A stretch of DNA of 64,000 nucleotides, from NCBI GenBank assembly GCA_044223005.1, contig JBGAML010000009.1, forward strand, positions 110,785 to 174,784, read 5' to 3'. The notes beneath the pieces were generated by a model. It did not search any database and was not told where the DNA came from. It saw only the letters and a program-made list of their open reading frames with translations. A program made the translations under genes and the position numbers. Within the stretch, counting starts at the first letter, position 1. Each line of letters begins with the position of its first letter. The stretch comes from Candidatus Eiseniibacteriota bacterium. GTDB taxonomy: Bacteria; Eisenbacteria; RBG-16-71-46. Positions 61,406 through 64,000 of this stretch are shown piece by piece.

Positions 61406-62541
61406 TGCGCCGCGCCCGTTTCGCGTCACCCGCCCGGCTCGCGCTGCTGCTCGCGCTGCTCGCCGCCACCGCGGCCACGCCGCGGCGCGCGGTCGCGCCG
61501 CCGGTCGACGCCGACGGCTACACGCTCGCCGTGGCGCCCTACACGTTCACGTTCCCGCGCGATCACGCGTCGCATCCGCGCTACCGCACCGAGTGGTGGT
61601 ACTACACCGGCCACCTCGCTGCGGGCGAACGCCGCTTCGGCTACGAGCTCACGTTCTTCCGCGTCGGGCTGCCGCGCCGCCGCGCCGCGATCGAATCGGC
61701 GTGGGCGGCGCACGATCTCGTGTTCGTGCACGTCGCCCTCACCGACGAGGCGCGCGGGCGCTTCCGGGCGTTCGACGACGTCCGCCGGCCCGCGCTGGGC
61801 ATCGCCGGCGCCGACACGGCACGCTACGACGTGTGGCTCGAGGGCTCGCGCGCCGGGCTCGATCCCGACGAGCGCACGCACCGCCTGCGGGGCGTCGCGC
61901 CCGATTTCGCGTTCGAGCTCGCACTCGCACCGCTCAAGCCGCCCGCGATCCACGGCGACGGCGGCACGAGCCCGAAGGCCGCCGGCGCCGGCAACGCGTC
62001 GCACTACTACTCGCTCACGCGCATGGAGACGCGCGGCACGTTGCACGTCGACGGCGATTCGCTCGCGGTCACCGGGACGTCGTGGATGGACCACGAGTTC
62101 GGTTCCAACCGCATGGCCGCGACGCACGCGGGCTGGGACTGGTTCAGCCTGCAGCTGGGTGACGGCCGTGAACTCATGCTCTACCGCATGCGCCTGCGCG
62201 GGGGCGGCGTCGAACCGCTCTCGAGCGGCACGCTGGTCGAGCCCGACGGCCGCACGCGCCACCTGCCGCTCGCGAGCTACACGATCGAGCCGCGCGGCAC
62301 GTGGACGAGCCCGCGGACCGGGGCGCGCTACCCGGCGTCGTGGCGCGTGCGCGTGCCCTCGGCGGGAATCGACGTCGAGGTGGATCCCACGGTGCGCGAC
62401 CAGGAACTGGTCGCCACGCGCATGGGCGGCGTCGCGTACTGGGAGGGAAGCGTTCACGTGCGCGGCAGTTCCGCCGGGCGCGACGCGGCGGGCGAGGGCT
62501 ACGTGGAACTCACGGGCTACGCGGGCCCGCCGCCCTTCTGA
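61405..62541 (+). CDS. AttH/CrtC-like lipocalin-domain secreted protein
   Basis: FPRDHASHP..RTEWWYYTG, YYS, WMDHEF, GWDWFSLQL, YWEG and GYVELTGY. Confidence 0.88.
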   Translation: MRRARFASPARLALLLALLAATAATPRRAVAPPVDADGYTLAVAPYTFTFPRDHASHPRYRTEWWYYTGHLAAGERRFGYELTFFRVGLPRRRAAIESAWAAHDLVFVHVALTDEARGRFRAFDDVRRPALGIAGADTARYDVWLEGSRAGLDPDERTHRLRGVAPDFAFELALAPLKPPAIHGDGGTSPKAAGAGNASHYYSLTRMETRGTLHVDGDSLAVTGTSWMDHEFGSNRMAATHAGWDWFSLQLGDGRELMLYRMRLRGGGVEPLSSGTLVEPDGRTRHLPLASYTIEPRGTWTSPRTGARYPASWRVRVPSAGIDVEVDPTVRDQELVATRMGGVAYWEGSVHVRGSSAGRDAAGEGYVELTGYAGPPPF

Positions 62542-62621
62542 TCTGCTCGTCCCGGGACGACGGGCCCGGCGGCCGCAGCGCGCGCTTCACCTCGGCCGGT
62601 GGCTGTCGTAGGCTGCCCGCC

Positions 62622-63281
62622 ATGACGACCCCGACCCGTTGCCTGCTCGCGGCGATGGTGCTCGCCGCGCTCGCGGGCTGCTCCGCGGCGCCCGCGCCGC
62701 AGGGCTCCACGCCGCCGCCCGCGCCCCTGCCGGCGGCCGCACCGAACATCGTCTCCGGCGCGCCCGACACGGCGGAAGCCGTGCCCGGCTCGGCCAACTC
62801 GCCCTACGTGTTCCGGTTCAAGCAGGTCGAGCCCGGGAGCAGCACGTTCAACTTCCGCGACCGCGACCTCTCGTTCTGGTTCAAACCCTCGCCGACCGCG
62901 CTCACGTTCCGGGTCGAGAACCTGCAGGGACGCCCGGTGCAGATCGACTGGGATCACTGCACGTTCTACGACGTCGACGGCCGCAGCGGGAAGCCCGCGC
63001 ACGGCACGACGCGCTGGCGCGACCGCTTCTCGCCGCTCGCCTCGACCATGATCGGCGGCCTGCAGCAGTACGGCGACTACATGTTCCCGATGGACTACCT
63101 CGTCGATCCCGGCGCGGCCGCCGGTCCGGACGACCAGCCGCATCGCCCGATCGTACCCGAGGACCAGAGCGCGCCGACCTACTCGGGCCGCACGTTCGGC
63201 GTCGATCTCGTGTTCCTGATCGACGACCGCCCGCGCACGTACTCGTTCCGCTTCCAGGTCGCGAGCGTCATCCCACGCTGA
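62622..63281 (+). CDS. Hypothetical lipoprotein
   Basis: Lipobox LAGC, Pro-rich linker, beta-rich domain and typical codon usage. Confidence 0.7.
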   Translation: MTTPTRCLLAAMVLAALAGCSAAPAPQGSTPPPAPLPAAAPNIVSGAPDTAEAVPGSANSPYVFRFKQVEPGSSTFNFRDRDLSFWFKPSPTALTFRVENLQGRPVQIDWDHCTFYDVDGRSGKPAHGTTRWRDRFSPLASTMIGGLQQYGDYMFPMDYLVDPGAAAGPDDQPHRPIVPEDQSAPTYSGRTFGVDLVFLIDDRPRTYSFRFQVASVIPR

Positions 63282-64000
63282 CGCGCGTTCCCGGTCCCGC
63301 CCGGTCCGCGGCGCGAGCGCTGCTCGCGCCGTTCGCGCTGGTGGCGTGCGCGACGGTGGCGCTCGCGCTGCCGCTGCAGCCGCCGCGCTGGACGCGGGCG
63401 CAGATGGAGTCGCCCGGGGCGCGCTGGACCGTGGTCTGGGGCACGCGCGACGCGGCGCTCGAACCGATGCTGCGCGAACGCGCGCGCGCGATCGCCGCGC
63501 GGCTGCCCGGCGCCGACAGCGCGCGCGTGCTCGCCGATCGCGACGCGCCCGACGAGGCGCTCGCGGCCGGGCCGGTGATCCTGCTCGGCGGCCCGCGCCA
63601 GAACGCGTGCGCGCAGCGCCTCGCCGCGGGGCTGCCGGTGACGTGGACCGCGACGGGCTTCCGCTGGCGGGGCACGGCCTACGAGCGCCCCGGCGACCTG
63701 CTCTCGCTCGCGTACCCGAACCCGGTCGCGCCGCGCCGGCTGCTCGTGCTGCTCGCGCCCAACGCGGCGGCGGCGCTGCGCGGGCACGCGGGCGGGTTCA
63801 TGGGCGAGGACGACTGGCGCATCGTGCGCGAGGGCGAGCGCGTCCGCTGGGGCGCGTTCGCGCAATCGGCCGCGGCGCCGTGGCGCTACGACCCTGTGCT
63901 CGAGCGCGATCGCGAGGCGGAACGCGCGCGCTGGGCGCGCACGCTCGTGCCCGCGGGCGGCGGCGCGCTCGTGCTGCGCGCCGCGCCGGGCACGCCTGGC
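63278..64000 (+). CDS. Hypothetical secreted protein, 5' part (runs off the window)
   Basis: Open frame with a hydrophobic N-terminus, PVILLGGPRQN and YPNPVAPRRLLVLL. Start uncertain (CTG overlapping the upstream TGA). Confidence 0.55.
   Translation, partial: MTRVPGPARSAARALLAPFALVACATVALALPLQPPRWTRAQMESPGARWTVVWGTRDAALEPMLRERARAIAARLPGADSARVLADRDAPDEALAAGPVILLGGPRQNACAQRLAAGLPVTWTATGFRWRGTAYERPGDLLSLAYPNPVAPRRLLVLLAPNAAAALRGHAGGFMGEDDWRIVREGERVRWGAFAQSAAAPWRYDPVLERDREAERARWARTLVPAGGGALVLRAAPGTPG

Overview
This is a very GC-rich (roughly 70%+ by eye), gene-dense chromosomal window from a diderm bacterium. The Tol-Pal genes, PorV-like barrels, FlgD-Ig C-terminal cargo domain and bsh operon suggest an FCB-related lineage such as Ca. 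Eisenbacteria; this is inference, not tested. I saw no rRNA, tRNA, CRISPR array, integrase or transposase. About 55 CDS are supportable. In order: tolA/tonB-tolB-pal-cpoB plus an Omp85 gene; a DUF355/nfo/oxidoreductase/MBL/gamma-CA-DinB/moaB/dcd string; three outer-membrane barrel genes; a lone nuoI; hsp20-dnaK behind a likely sigma54 promoter; several glycosyltransferases, a flippase and a nucleotide-sugar dehydrogenase; an ABC-2/M1-peptidase fusion; an ECF sigma factor, uppP and gltA; a ~1476-aa secreted sugar-dehydrogenase-propeller/pentaheme cytochrome fusion; bshC-bshB1-bshA followed by DUF1611 and an epimerase; a histidine kinase, rsgA, thrC and nfeD-stomatin; and an Att-like ABC/lipocalin module. 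The best unexplained signals are: (1) a 27-codon Cys-rich leader ORF directly behind the bsh promoter and GTGA-coupled to bshC; (2) the dehydrogenase-multiheme-FlgD fusion; (3) a ~130-nt candidate ncRNA with promoter, terminal stem and T7 tail at 27670-27800; (4) a sigma54 promoter with tandem palindromic enhancer sites before hsp20-dnaK; (5) recurrent near-leaderless gene starts. All family calls come from motif recognition by eye; no database search was run.
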